A DNA stretch of 64,000 nucleotides from Anaeromyxobacter sp. (GTDB lineage: Bacteria; Myxococcota; Myxococcia; Myxococcales; Anaeromyxobacteraceae), in assembly GCA_049840735.1 (NCBI GenBank), contig JASGJN010000017.1, forward strand, positions 448,001-512,000, given 5' to 3'. The first letter of the stretch is position 1. Each line of letters starts with the position of its first letter. This document shows positions 1 to 11,271 of this stretch, in pieces. Under the pieces are notes generated by a model, which saw nothing but the letters and a program-made list of their open reading frames with translations, ran no database searches and was not told the origin of the DNA. Made by a program: the position numbers and the translations under genes.

Positions 1-2247
<2,247 letters not shown>

Positions 2248-2252
2248 GCCGC

Positions 2253-3236
2253 ATGGACTACCGCCCCGCCCGCTGGCTCCCCGGCGCCCACGCCATGACC
2301 GTTTTCGCCAGCGTGGCCCGCCCCTGGCCGCGGCCGGCCCCCCGCCGCGAGCGCTGGGAGCTGCCGGACGGCGACTTCCTCGACGTGGACCGCTTCGCGG
2401 GGCCGTCGCCGGACGCGCCGGTGCTGGTGGTGCTGCACGGCCTGGAGGGCTCGTCGCGCGCCCCCTACGTGCGCGGCCTGGTGGCGCTGGCCCGCGAGCG
2501 CGGCATGGGGGCGCTGGCGCTCAACTTCCGCGGCTGCTCCGGCGAGGAGAACCGGCTGGCGCGCTTCTACCACTCCGGCGAGACCGGCGACGTGGCCTTC
2601 GCCGTGGATCGCCTGGTGGCGGAGCGCCCCGGCCGCCCGGTGCTGGTCTCGGGCTTCTCGCTGGGCGGCAACGTGGTGGCCAAGTACCTGGGCGAGCGCG
2701 GCGAGGACCTGCCGCCGGAGCTGCTGGGCGGCGCCGTCATCTCGGTCCCCTTCGACCTGGCCCGCTCGGCGGCCGCCATCGACGGCCCCGGCTTCTGGAA
2801 CTGGGTCTACCGCGAGCGGTTCCTGCGCCGGCTGCGGCGCAAGGCGCTGCACAAGGCGCGGCGCTACCCGGAGGTCTTCGACGTGCCGGCCGTCCGCGCG
2901 GCCCGCACCTTCTCCGCCTATGACCAGGTGGTCACCTCGCGCATCCACGGCTTCGCCTCGGCCCTCGACTACTGGACCCAGTGCTCGGCCGGGCGCTTCA
3001 TCGGCGGCGTGCGCCGGCCGCTGCTGGCGGTGGCCGCGCTGGACGATCCCATGGTCCCGCCCGGCTCCCTGCCGCTGGAGGCCGCCAGGCAGAACCCGTT
3101 CGTCACCCTGGTCACCACCGACGCCGGCGGCCACGTGGCCTTCGTGGCCGGCGCGCCGTTCTGGCCCAGCTTCTGGGCGGAGGCGCGGGCCGTGGGCTTC
3201 CTGGGCGACGTGGTGGAGGCGGCGCGGCGGGCCTAG
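2253..3236 (+). CDS. YheT-family alpha/beta hydrolase
   Basis: ATG 5 nt after the tgt stop; ERWELPDGDFLD, LHGLEGSS, GFSLGG nucleophile elbow, DDPM, GGHVAF. Confidence 0.88.
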   Translation: MDYRPARWLPGAHAMTVFASVARPWPRPAPRRERWELPDGDFLDVDRFAGPSPDAPVLVVLHGLEGSSRAPYVRGLVALARERGMGALALNFRGCSGEENRLARFYHSGETGDVAFAVDRLVAERPGRPVLVSGFSLGGNVVAKYLGERGEDLPPELLGGAVISVPFDLARSAAAIDGPGFWNWVYRERFLRRLRRKALHKARRYPEVFDVPAVRAARTFSAYDQVVTSRIHGFASALDYWTQCSAGRFIGGVRRPLLAVAALDDPMVPPGSLPLEAARQNPFVTLVTTDAGGHVAFVAGAPFWPSFWAEARAVGFLGDVVEAARRA

Positions 3237-4336
3237 CTGTCCGCGCTGGCCACCGGCCCGGCCCCGGCCTTCGGCCAGAGCCCGCGCGCCCAGCGCCAGA
3301 GCGCCTTGCCCAGCCAGAGCAGCGCGAAGCTGGCGAGCAGCACGCCCACCGCGGTGGCGAAGGCGGCGCCGGCGCCCAGCGTCGGCCCCACCCGCTGCCA
3401 CAGGCCCGGGAAGACGGACCAGCCGTACACCAGCGGCAGGTGGAGGGCGTAGACGCCCAGCGAGGCCTTGCCGAGCGGCGCCGCCAGGCGGGCCACCCGC
3501 TCCGGCACGACCGAGAGCGCGGCCAGCACCAGCAGCACCGCGCCGATGCGGAACGCGATCAGCAGCGGGTCGCCGGGGAACCGGTCGCCCACGCCGAAGG
3601 GCGCGGTCGCGGCCACCAGCGCCGCGCCCAGCCCCGCCTCGAGGAGCGCGCCGCGCCGGTCCTGCGGGATGAGCAGCCCCACGGCCGCGCCGGCGAAGAA
3701 GTAGCCGGCCCATGGGACGACCGGGAAGCGCGAGCTGCCGCCCACCACCTGGACCACCGCCAGCCAGGGCAGGTCCGGCAGGGAGGCCACCTGCACGTAG
3801 TCCGGCAGCGGCGCGCTCCGCCCCAGCACCACGCAGAGCGCGAGCAGCCAGAGGAACGCCACCCCCTGCCGCCAGCGCGCCCAGGGGAGCGCCAGGACCA
3901 GCGAGGCCGCGCCCAGCGAGAGGCCGATCACGTGCAGGGCGTCGAAGGCCAGGAAGCCGGCCCAGATCTCGCGATCACCGGCCAGCAGGCGCTCGAGCGC
4001 CCAGCCCGGCCAGTGGAGCAGGTAGCCGATGAACAGGAGCAGCGCCACCCGCCGCCAGCGGGCGCGAGGCACGTCCCACCCGGTGGCCCCGCTGCGCGAG
4101 ATGGCCAGGGTCACCGCCCAGCCGGAGATGATCATGAACAGCGGCGCGGTCAGCCCGCGGGCCTTCCAGTACTGGGCGAAGCCGGGGGACTCCCAGAACG
4201 GCTTCGCGAGCACCGCGTCCAGCGTGTGGCCGAAGACCATGGCCAGCACCGCCAGGGCGCGCGCGGCGTCGAGCGCGGCGATGCGCGGGCGGCGGGGTGT
4301 GGCGGCCACGGGCTGGGGAGAGGCGGCGGTGGACAA
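3233..4336 (-). CDS. Membrane acyltransferase-like protein (DUF1624 / HGSNAT-like domain)
   Basis: RIAALDAARALAVLAMVFGH N-terminal motif, many TM segments, FPVVPW; start uncertain (TTG 4336 or GTG 4309). Confidence 0.75.
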   Translation of the reverse strand: MSTAASPQPVAATPRRPRIAALDAARALAVLAMVFGHTLDAVLAKPFWESPGFAQYWKARGLTAPLFMIISGWAVTLAISRSGATGWDVPRARWRRVALLLFIGYLLHWPGWALERLLAGDREIWAGFLAFDALHVIGLSLGAASLVLALPWARWRQGVAFLWLLALCVVLGRSAPLPDYVQVASLPDLPWLAVVQVVGGSSRFPVVPWAGYFFAGAAVGLLIPQDRRGALLEAGLGAALVAATAPFGVGDRFPGDPLLIAFRIGAVLLVLAALSVVPERVARLAAPLGKASLGVYALHLPLVYGWSVFPGLWQRVGPTLGAGAAFATAVGVLLASFALLWLGKALWRWARGLWPKAGAGPVASADS

Positions 4337-4440
4337 CCCGCCGCGTATAGCACGGGAGGCGCTGCGCGGTCGCCCCCTCCCTGCCAGAAGCAACAGCAGG
4401 CCCGCCTGGCCGCCGCGGGGGCGGCCAGGCGGTAGGCGGG

Positions 4441-4734
4441 CTACTTGAGCCCCTTCTTCACGTACTCGGCCACGTCCTCGGCCGCCTCGTGGCCGATGCT
4501 CGCCTGCTTCGGCATCTTGCCGCGGCCGTTCTCGATGACCGTCACGATCTCCTTCTCGCTCAGCTTGGTGGCGGCGAGATCCTTCGCGCCCATCTTGATC
4601 CCCATGGGCGTGCCCTTGCCGTCCGGGCCGTGGCAGGCCTTGCACTTGGAGGCGTAGACGGCGGCGCCGTCGCCGTCGGCGCGGGCGGCGGCAGCGGAGA
4701 GGACCAGGACCAGGGCGACGACGAGACGCTTCAT
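4441..4734 (-). CDS. Periplasmic monoheme class I cytochrome c
   Basis: Signal peptide MKRLVVALVLVLSAAAARA, CKACH, distal GKMP methionine. Confidence 0.9.
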   Translation of the reverse strand: MKRLVVALVLVLSAAAARADGDGAAVYASKCKACHGPDGKGTPMGIKMGAKDLAATKLSEKEIVTVIENGRGKMPKQASIGHEAAEDVAEYVKKGLK

Positions 4735-4870
4735 CGGTGTGCTCCTTGCGGGTTGGGAAGAGGGTGGCGGCGGGCGGCCCGGCCGAGCCGGGCCCCTGCA
4801 GACGAAAGGACGCACGCCGGGCCGGACATCTTCACCTGTCCGGCCCGGACGGGCCAGCGTCCCCGTGGGG

Positions 4871-6124
4871 CTACGCGGCGGCGTGCTCGGTGGGCTGGGA
4901 GGCCTCGTCCTTGGCCGCCAGCGGCGACCGGAAGCTGCCCACCAGGATGGGGACCGCGATCTTCACCAGCACGGTGAAGACCAGGAAGCCGATGCCGAAG
5001 ACGCCGGCCGCGATGCCCCACTCCATGGGCGTGGGCGTATAGGCGTAGATCTGCCCCAGCGTGGAGGGCGTGAAGCCCGGGATGATGAGCCCCATGCCCT
5101 TCTCGATGTAGCAGCCGGCCCAGATCAGCACGCAGCCCAGGTTGAGCGTCACGAAGTGCCGGCGCGTCCGCGGCACCAGGAAGAGGACGAACGCGACCAC
5201 GCTGCAGCCCAGCGAGAGCCAGGCGTAGGGCACCAGCGCCTTGTGCTCGCCCAGCCCCTGCCAGAAGTACTGCGTGTACTGGAGGTGCTCGGTGGCCGAG
5301 TAGTACTCCTTGAACAGCTCCGCGCCGAGCAGGAACAGGTTCAGGAACATCGCGTACGCCATCAGCTCGGCGATCTTCCAGATGGCCTCGTCCTTGATCT
5401 CGAAGCGGAAGGCGCGCCGCAGCACCTGGAAGAGGATGATCATCACCGCCGGCCCGGAGCAGAAGGCCGAGGCGATGAAGCGCGGCGCCAGGATGGAGGC
5501 GTTCCAGTACGGGCGCGCCGCCATGCCGTTGTAGAGGAACGCGGTCACGGTGTGCGTGGAGATGGACACCGGGATGGAGAGCAGCACCAGCGGCAGGAAG
5601 ATGCGCTTGTCGTAGGGCTGGCCGCGGTAGGTCTTGAAGAGCAGGTACAGGACCAGCGCCAGGTTGAGGAACAGGTAGGTGTGGAGGACCAGCGCGTCCC
5701 AGGTCAGCATCGAGCGCGGCCAGTTGGGCGTGCCGATGAAGGGCATGATGTGGAGGAAGCGGTCCGGGTGCCCCATGTCCACCAGGATGAACAGGAGGCA
5801 CATGGTGAGCGCGCTGATGGCGAGCAGCTCCCCCAGCACCACCACCTCCTTGATGGGCTTCCAGGCGTAGATGTACGCCGGGATCACCAGCAGCACGGCC
5901 GCGGCGGCCACGCCGACCAGGAAGGTGAAGTTGCCGATGTAGAAGGCCCACGACACGTCATCGCGCATGTTGGTGGCGATGAGGCCGGCGGTCATCTGGT
6001 GCACGTAGGAGGCGACGCCCACGGCGATGGCGACCAGCAGCAGGGCCACCCAGGCCCAGTAGGCCTTGCCGCCGGTGAGCACCTGGCGGACGCAGCCCTT
6101 GAGGAAGTCGAGGATCGCGGTCAC
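4871..6124 (-). CDS. NrfD/PsrC/DsrP-family integral membrane quinol-interacting subunit (CbcU-like)
   Basis: WAFYIGNFTFLVGVAAA, DMGHPDR, about 10 TM helices. Confidence 0.9.
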   Translation of the reverse strand: MTAILDFLKGCVRQVLTGGKAYWAWVALLLVAIAVGVASYVHQMTAGLIATNMRDDVSWAFYIGNFTFLVGVAAAAVLLVIPAYIYAWKPIKEVVVLGELLAISALTMCLLFILVDMGHPDRFLHIMPFIGTPNWPRSMLTWDALVLHTYLFLNLALVLYLLFKTYRGQPYDKRIFLPLVLLSIPVSISTHTVTAFLYNGMAARPYWNASILAPRFIASAFCSGPAVMIILFQVLRRAFRFEIKDEAIWKIAELMAYAMFLNLFLLGAELFKEYYSATEHLQYTQYFWQGLGEHKALVPYAWLSLGCSVVAFVLFLVPRTRRHFVTLNLGCVLIWAGCYIEKGMGLIIPGFTPSTLGQIYAYTPTPMEWGIAAGVFGIGFLVFTVLVKIAVPILVGSFRSPLAAKDEASQPTEHAAA

Positions 6125-6131
6125 AGAAGCC

Positions 6132-7091
6132 TCAGGTCGCGTAGAAGTAGTAGAACTGCGGGTGCGTGGCGAGCTCCTCCTTGAAGACGAAGACCCGCTT
6201 CGTCTCCATCACCCTCCGGATCTCGCTCTCCGGATCGAGGAGGTTCCCGAACTTCCGGGCGCCCACCGGGCAGGCCTCGAGGCAGGCCGGGTAGCGCCCC
6301 TCCCGCGTGCGCTGGATGCAGAAGGTGCACTTCTCCACCACGCCCTTGGGGCGCGGGCGGTTGCCCAGGTAGTGCTGCACCGGGTTGAGCTGGTCGGCCG
6401 GGAGGTTGGGCTCCGCCCAGTTGAAGTGGCGGGCGCCGTAGGGGCAGGCCGACATGCAGCAGCGGCAGCCGATGCACCAGTCGTAGTCGATGACCACGAT
6501 GCCGTCCGGCTCCTTCCAGGTGGCCTGGGTCGGGCAGGCCTTCACGCAGGGCGGGTTGCGGCACTGCTGGCACTGGACCGGGAAGTAGAACTTGCCCGGC
6601 CGCGGCACCGCGTCGGCCTCGTAGTAGAGGTCCGCGTGGGCCAGGTCCACGCCGTGCTCCTTCTCCATCTCCAGCACCTGGATCCAGTGGACCTGCGGGT
6701 GCTCGCGGCTCTGGTTGTTCTCCTTCACGCAGGCGTAGACGCAGCGCCGGCAGCCCACGCAGCGCGAGATGTCCAGCCCGTAGCCGAACTCGACGCCGGG
6801 GCGCGGGCCGGTCGCGGACACCGTGGTGGCCTTCGCGAACCGCTCCTGGTTGCGCTGCTCGACCTTGGCCAGGACGCGCCCCAGCTCCTCCCTGGAGAGC
6901 TCCTTGAAGTGCTTGCGGAGGAAGTCCTCCATGTCGAGATCGCAGGCCGTGAGGCCGGCCAGGGCGGCGCCGGCGGCGGCGGTGCGGAGGAAGGCGCGGC
7001 GGGCCGGATCGAGCGGCGCCTCGGCGGCGGGGTCGGGACGGGGCGACGCCCCGGCGTCGGGCGCGTCCTGGACGACGGGCAGGCGGCTCAT
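6132..7091 (-). CDS. Tat-exported 4Fe-4S dicluster protein (NrfC/DsrO/CbcT-like), probable lipoprotein
   Basis: Start MSRLPVV at 7091; RRAFL Tat motif followed by LTAC; CVGCRRC..C, CQQCRNPPC..CP, CIGCRCC..CP, KCTFC...C..CP. Confidence 0.9.
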   Translation of the reverse strand: MSRLPVVQDAPDAGASPRPDPAAEAPLDPARRAFLRTAAAGAALAGLTACDLDMEDFLRKHFKELSREELGRVLAKVEQRNQERFAKATTVSATGPRPGVEFGYGLDISRCVGCRRCVYACVKENNQSREHPQVHWIQVLEMEKEHGVDLAHADLYYEADAVPRPGKFYFPVQCQQCRNPPCVKACPTQATWKEPDGIVVIDYDWCIGCRCCMSACPYGARHFNWAEPNLPADQLNPVQHYLGNRPRPKGVVEKCTFCIQRTREGRYPACLEACPVGARKFGNLLDPESEIRRVMETKRVFVFKEELATHPQFYYFYAT

Positions 7092-7691
7092 CGGCGCTGC
7101 TCCTCGGGCCGCACCGGGCGCGGCTCCGGCTTGAGGTAGGTGAGCGTGGGCGCGACGGTCTTCTTGCCGTCCACCACCACCTCCTGGATGCCCTTGAAGC
7201 GCGGGGTGTGGGGGTTGTGGCAGTTCACGCACAGGAAATAGGTCTTCTCGCCGTCCCAGCACCCCACCCGCTTGCCGTGCACGCCGGCCCGCCAGTCGCG
7301 GTACTTGTCGCCGTGGCACTGGCCGCACAGCCGGTAGGACTCGGTGAAGGGCACGGCCTCCCCGCTGGCCAGCCGCAGCACGTCGCGGTTCTTCGCGTCG
7401 TGGCAGTCCAGGCACCAGCGGTGCTCGGCGTCGTGCGCGAAGACCGACTGCTGCTCGTCGTGGAAGACCAGCTCGCGCCGCTCCGGGTTGGGCGGCTGGT
7501 CCTTCCCGTGGCACTGCGAGCAGGGGAAGATCCCTTCGCTGAAGGGCGGCGTCTGCGCCTGCACCAGCGGCGCGGGGGCCGCGGCCTTCGTCCCTGCCGG
7601 CTTGGCCTCGGCGGCCGGCTTGGCCCCGGCGGCCGCAGCGGCCGTCGCCAGCCCCAGCGCGGCCAGGGCGACCCAGAATCCTGGTGAGCAT
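7088..7691 (-). CDS. Tetraheme cytochrome c (CbcS-like); frameshift in the signal peptide near 7675
   Basis: CSQCH, CLDCH, CGQCH, CVNCH. Removing one base near 7675 gives the signal peptide MLTRILVALAALGLATAAAAA in frame. Confidence 0.88.
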
Positions 7692-7725
7692 GCACCCCTC
7701 CTGTGCCGCGCACCGTACCCCCGGC

Positions 7726-7753
7726 TTGACCGCGGTCAGTTGACGGTGGTCAA
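7726..7753. promoter_or_regulatory. Two abutting CRP/FNR-family-like boxes (TTGAC-N4-GTCAG and TTGAC-N4-GTCAA)
   Basis: TTGACcgcgGTCAG (7726-7739) directly followed by TTGACggtgGTCAA (7740-7753), 35-62 nt upstream of the cytochrome operon start. Confidence 0.55.
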
Positions 7754-9016
7754 GCCACCTCTTGCCCGTTTGGGGGTGAGCCCCGGAGGCCGGCCAGCTG
7801 CTCCTGCCGCTTCCACTGGCCGTGGGCGGCCCCGCGGGAGGCCAGCCGCTCCAGCAGCGCCGCGGTGGCGGGGTCGATGGCACCCGCCGGCGCGCGCGCC
7901 CACGGCGTGCCGGGGAGCGGCATGAAGGCGTGGGCGTGGATGCGCGCCCCGCGGTCGGCCAGCTCCTGCGCCAGCGCCCGCGAGGCCTGGCGGTCGGGCT
8001 CCTCCTCCCCGGGAAGCCCGAACACCAGAATCGACGCTGGGGACGAACCCGGCCTCGACCGCCAGCGCCACGGCCCGGCGCACCTCCTCCACGCCGTGGC
8101 CGCGCCCCATGGCCTCGAGCAGCCGCGCCGAGCCGGACTGCGCCCCCACGATCACCGTCCGGTTGTCGCAGCGGCGGCGGATGGCCGCCAGCGCGCGGAC
8201 CGAGACGTGCTCGGGGCGCAGCTCGGACGGGAAGGAGCCCAGGAACAGCCGCCGGTCCGGACCGGCCGCCTCGCGCGCCGTGGCCAGCAGCGCCTCCACC
8301 GCGGCCTCGTCGCAGGCGCCGTCGGCCGAGCCCCAGGAGAGCGCGCTGGGGGTGAGGAAGCGGATGTCGCGCGCCTCGAGGCGGGCGTGGTGCGCCACCC
8401 AGCGGCGGACGCTCTCCAGCGAACGGTGGCGGAAGCGGGCCTTGAACTGGAACGGCGTCTGGCAGAAGCGGCAGCCCCAGACGCAGCCGCGGGTGATCTC
8501 GATGGGGCCGATGCGCCCGGCGCCGGGCGCGCAGGGCGGGAAGGCCTCCAGGTCCACCGGCGGCGCGCGCCCGCTGCTGCGCACGGCGCCGTCCTCCAGC
8601 CAGGCCAGCCCCGGTCCGGCGCGCCCGTCCTCCCCGGCCGCGAGCCGGGCCAGCAGCGCCGGGAGCGTCTCCTCCCCCTCCCCCACCGCCACCAGGTCGA
8701 ACCCGGCCCGCAGGACCTCCTCCGCCGCCGCGCTGGCGTGGGGTCCGCCGGCCAGGTGCAGCGCCCCCGGCGCGGCGGAGCGCACCGCCTGCAGCTCCGC
8801 CGCCGCCTCGGCGAAGCTGGCCGTGTAGAACGACCAGCCCACCACCGGCCGGCGGCCGTCCTGCAGCGACGCCGCCACCGCGGCCGCCAGCCCGGCACCT
8901 CCGCTGGCCTGCCGGACAGGGACGGCCGCCGTGCGCGGATCGGCCTCCACCGCGCCCCAGAGGACGTCCAGCGCCAGGCGCGCGGTGCGGCGGTAGTGCA
9001 GGATCAGCTCGACCAC
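7750..9016 (-). CDS. B12-binding domain / radical SAM protein (MJ_1487-like); frameshift near 8030
   Basis: GGPHA..GEGE cobalamin-domain motifs, EITRGCVWGCRFCQ, GAQSGS; the C-terminus FGLPGE...HAFMPLPGTP continues in ORF 7750-8025. Confidence 0.85.
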
Positions 9017-9215
9017 CGCCGGAGCCTGCCAGCGGGGGCGCCCCGGCCGCAACCGGAGCGCGCGGAGCGCCCGGCGGGTTTGGTGTGTCCCGGGGGGTCG
9101 GCAGTGTGTCCCGCGCGCCACGCACAGCCGCGTCCTCCGGAGCTCGCGAGCCCCGCGATCTCGCGCACCTGCGCGATCGGCCCCGCCGGCACGCGCCTTG
9201 CTCAGGTGATCCCGC

Positions 9216-9434
9216 ATGCGGAACGCCCTCATCGCCCAGCACGTCCAGCCGCCCCCCGCCCGCGTCCACCCGCCCGAGGTCGAGGGGTCGCGCCTGGCCG
9301 GCGCCGTGGCGCTGCTCCTGGCCGCGGCGCTGATGCTGATGGGCGGGCTGCTCTGGCGCGAGAACGCCCGGGCCGCGGCGCGCGGCGAGGCCGGGCGGGC
9401 GCAGACCGTCACGCAGCACGTCGTCGGGGGCTGA
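9216..9434 (+). CDS. Small single-TM hypothetical protein
   Basis: 72 aa, one hydrophobic helix (LAGAVALLLAAALMLMGGLLW), AGGTG upstream, fills an intergenic gap. Confidence 0.5.
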   Translation: MRNALIAQHVQPPPARVHPPEVEGSRLAGAVALLLAAALMLMGGLLWRENARAAARGEAGRAQTVTQHVVGG

Positions 9435-9440
9435 GGCGGC

Positions 9441-11177
9441 TCAGTACCGGCCGCGCGCCACCAGGTCGCGCATGGCGATGGTGCCGACCAGCCGGCGGTG
9501 CCCATCCACCACCGGCAGCCGCTCCAGCTCGGTCTCGGCGAAGCGGGCCGCCACCTCCGCCAGCGGCAGCGCAGCGGAGAGCTGCGGCACCTCCCGGTCC
9601 AGCACGTCCGCCGCCACGATCATCCCCAGGTCCGCCTGATCCGGGATGGTCCCCTTGAGCGCGTCCAGCCGGATCACGCCCAGCAGCACGCCGTCACCGT
9701 CGGTGACGTACAGGTCGTGGCCGGCGGGGAGCACCAGCAGCCTCTTCACCACCGCCTCGAAGGGCGTGGTGGGCGGGATGCGCTCCGCCCCCGGTTCGAT
9801 CAGCACCGCCGCCGGCGTGTGGCGCAGCCACTCCGGCCGCGGCAGCTCCGGGAGCGACACGCCCCGCCGGCGCAGCGCCGCGGTGTAGAGCGAGTCCGGC
9901 TCGATGGCCCGGCTGGTGGCGGCGGCCACCGCGGCCGACAGCATCAGCGGCAGGATCACGCCGTAGTCGCCGGTCATCTCGAAGAGGATCAGCACCGAGG
10001 AGACCGCGGCGTGGGTGGTGCCGGCCAGCACCCCGGCCATGCCCACCAGCGCCAGCGCGCCGGGCGGCGCCAGGCCCGGGGCGAGGCGGGCCAGCGCCTC
10101 CCCCGCCAGCCCGCCCAGCGCGGCCCCGAAGAAGAGCGAGGGGGTGAAGAGGCCGCCCGGGACCCCGGAGCCGGCGCAGAGGGCGGTGGAGAGGAGCTTG
10201 AGCACCGGCAGGACCAGCAGCAGCCGGAGCGGCACCGAGCCGAGCAGCATCTGGTGGACGGTGTCGAAGCCGTTGCCCAGCACCTGCGGGAAGGCCACCG
10301 AGATGCCGCCCACCGCCCCCAGCCCCAGCACCGGCAGGAGCGGCGCGCTCCAGCGCGGCAGCCGGTCGAAGCGCACCTCCACCCAGCCCATCACCCGCAC
10401 GAAGATGGCCGAGGCCAGCCCCAGCAGCGGCGCCAGCGCCAGCCCCAGCAGCAGCTCCTTGGGGTCGAGCAGCGCGTAGGCCGGGATGTCGTAGCCCTGG
10501 TGCGGCACCGGGAGCGTGCGCGCCACCGCGGTGGCCACCACGCAGGAGACGACGATGGGGCCGAGCAGCTCCAGGGCGAAGGAGCCGAGCAGCACCTCCA
10601 GCCCGAAGAGCGCGCCGCCGATGGGGACGTCGTAGGCGGCGGAGATCCCGGAGGCAGCGCCGCAGGCCACCAGCACGCGCGCCTGCTGGTCGGAGATCCC
10701 CAGCCGCTCCGCCAGCCAGGAGCCCGCCGCCGCGCCGGTCTGCACCAGCGCCCCCTCCCGCCCCAGCGACGCGCCGGCGCCCACCGCGACGATCGAGAGC
10801 AGGCCGCGCAGCAGGGTCCGGCCCAGGATCAGCCCGCGGCCGCGGTGCCAGATGGCCTCGATGATGCGGGCCGTGCCGTGCCCGCCCAGCGGCTTGCGCC
10901 AGAGCAGCGCCACCAGGCCCACCAGGACCCCTGCGCCGGCCGGGACCAGCACCCGCCGCAGCGGGGACGAGGCCTCCACCGAGGCCACGAAGCTGTCCGC
11001 CTCCGGCCAGGCCAGCCGCTGGACCAGGCGGAGCACCAGCAGGAGCGCGCCCGATCCGAGCCCGGAGAGCGCCCCGGTGGCGATCACCAGGAACCAGAAG
11101 CGCTGCGCAGCGCCGGGCAGGACCCGCAGGAAGTCGCGGACCGACCTGAAGAAGAGCGGGGGCGCGGTCGCCGGCAT
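9441..11177 (-). CDS. ClC chloride channel/antiporter with CBS pair
   Basis: GREG, GGLFTPSL, FEMTGDY, SLYT, C-terminal CBS (RLPVVD..LVG); alternative GTG start at 11231. Confidence 0.9.
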   Translation of the reverse strand: MPATAPPLFFRSVRDFLRVLPGAAQRFWFLVIATGALSGLGSGALLLVLRLVQRLAWPEADSFVASVEASSPLRRVLVPAGAGVLVGLVALLWRKPLGGHGTARIIEAIWHRGRGLILGRTLLRGLLSIVAVGAGASLGREGALVQTGAAAGSWLAERLGISDQQARVLVACGAASGISAAYDVPIGGALFGLEVLLGSFALELLGPIVVSCVVATAVARTLPVPHQGYDIPAYALLDPKELLLGLALAPLLGLASAIFVRVMGWVEVRFDRLPRWSAPLLPVLGLGAVGGISVAFPQVLGNGFDTVHQMLLGSVPLRLLLVLPVLKLLSTALCAGSGVPGGLFTPSLFFGAALGGLAGEALARLAPGLAPPGALALVGMAGVLAGTTHAAVSSVLILFEMTGDYGVILPLMLSAAVAAATSRAIEPDSLYTAALRRRGVSLPELPRPEWLRHTPAAVLIEPGAERIPPTTPFEAVVKRLLVLPAGHDLYVTDGDGVLLGVIRLDALKGTIPDQADLGMIVAADVLDREVPQLSAALPLAEVAARFAETELERLPVVDGHRRLVGTIAMRDLVARGRY

Positions 11178-11271
11178 CCCCCCCGCCCGCTGTGCGGCGG
11201 ACCCGTCCACCCTGCGCTGGACGATCCGCACCGCCCACCCCGGCGGGCAAGCCCCGGCTGGCGAGGAGCCC

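Noticed and set aside
4871..7691. DsrJOP / sulfate-reduction marker
   Set aside because: No dsrMK or dsrAB in the window, and the cytochrome has four hemes rather than the three of DsrJ.
6132..9419. 1095-aa ORF ending in the ferredoxin
   Set aside because: The upstream part is off-frame over the radical SAM and cytochrome genes; the real start is 7091.
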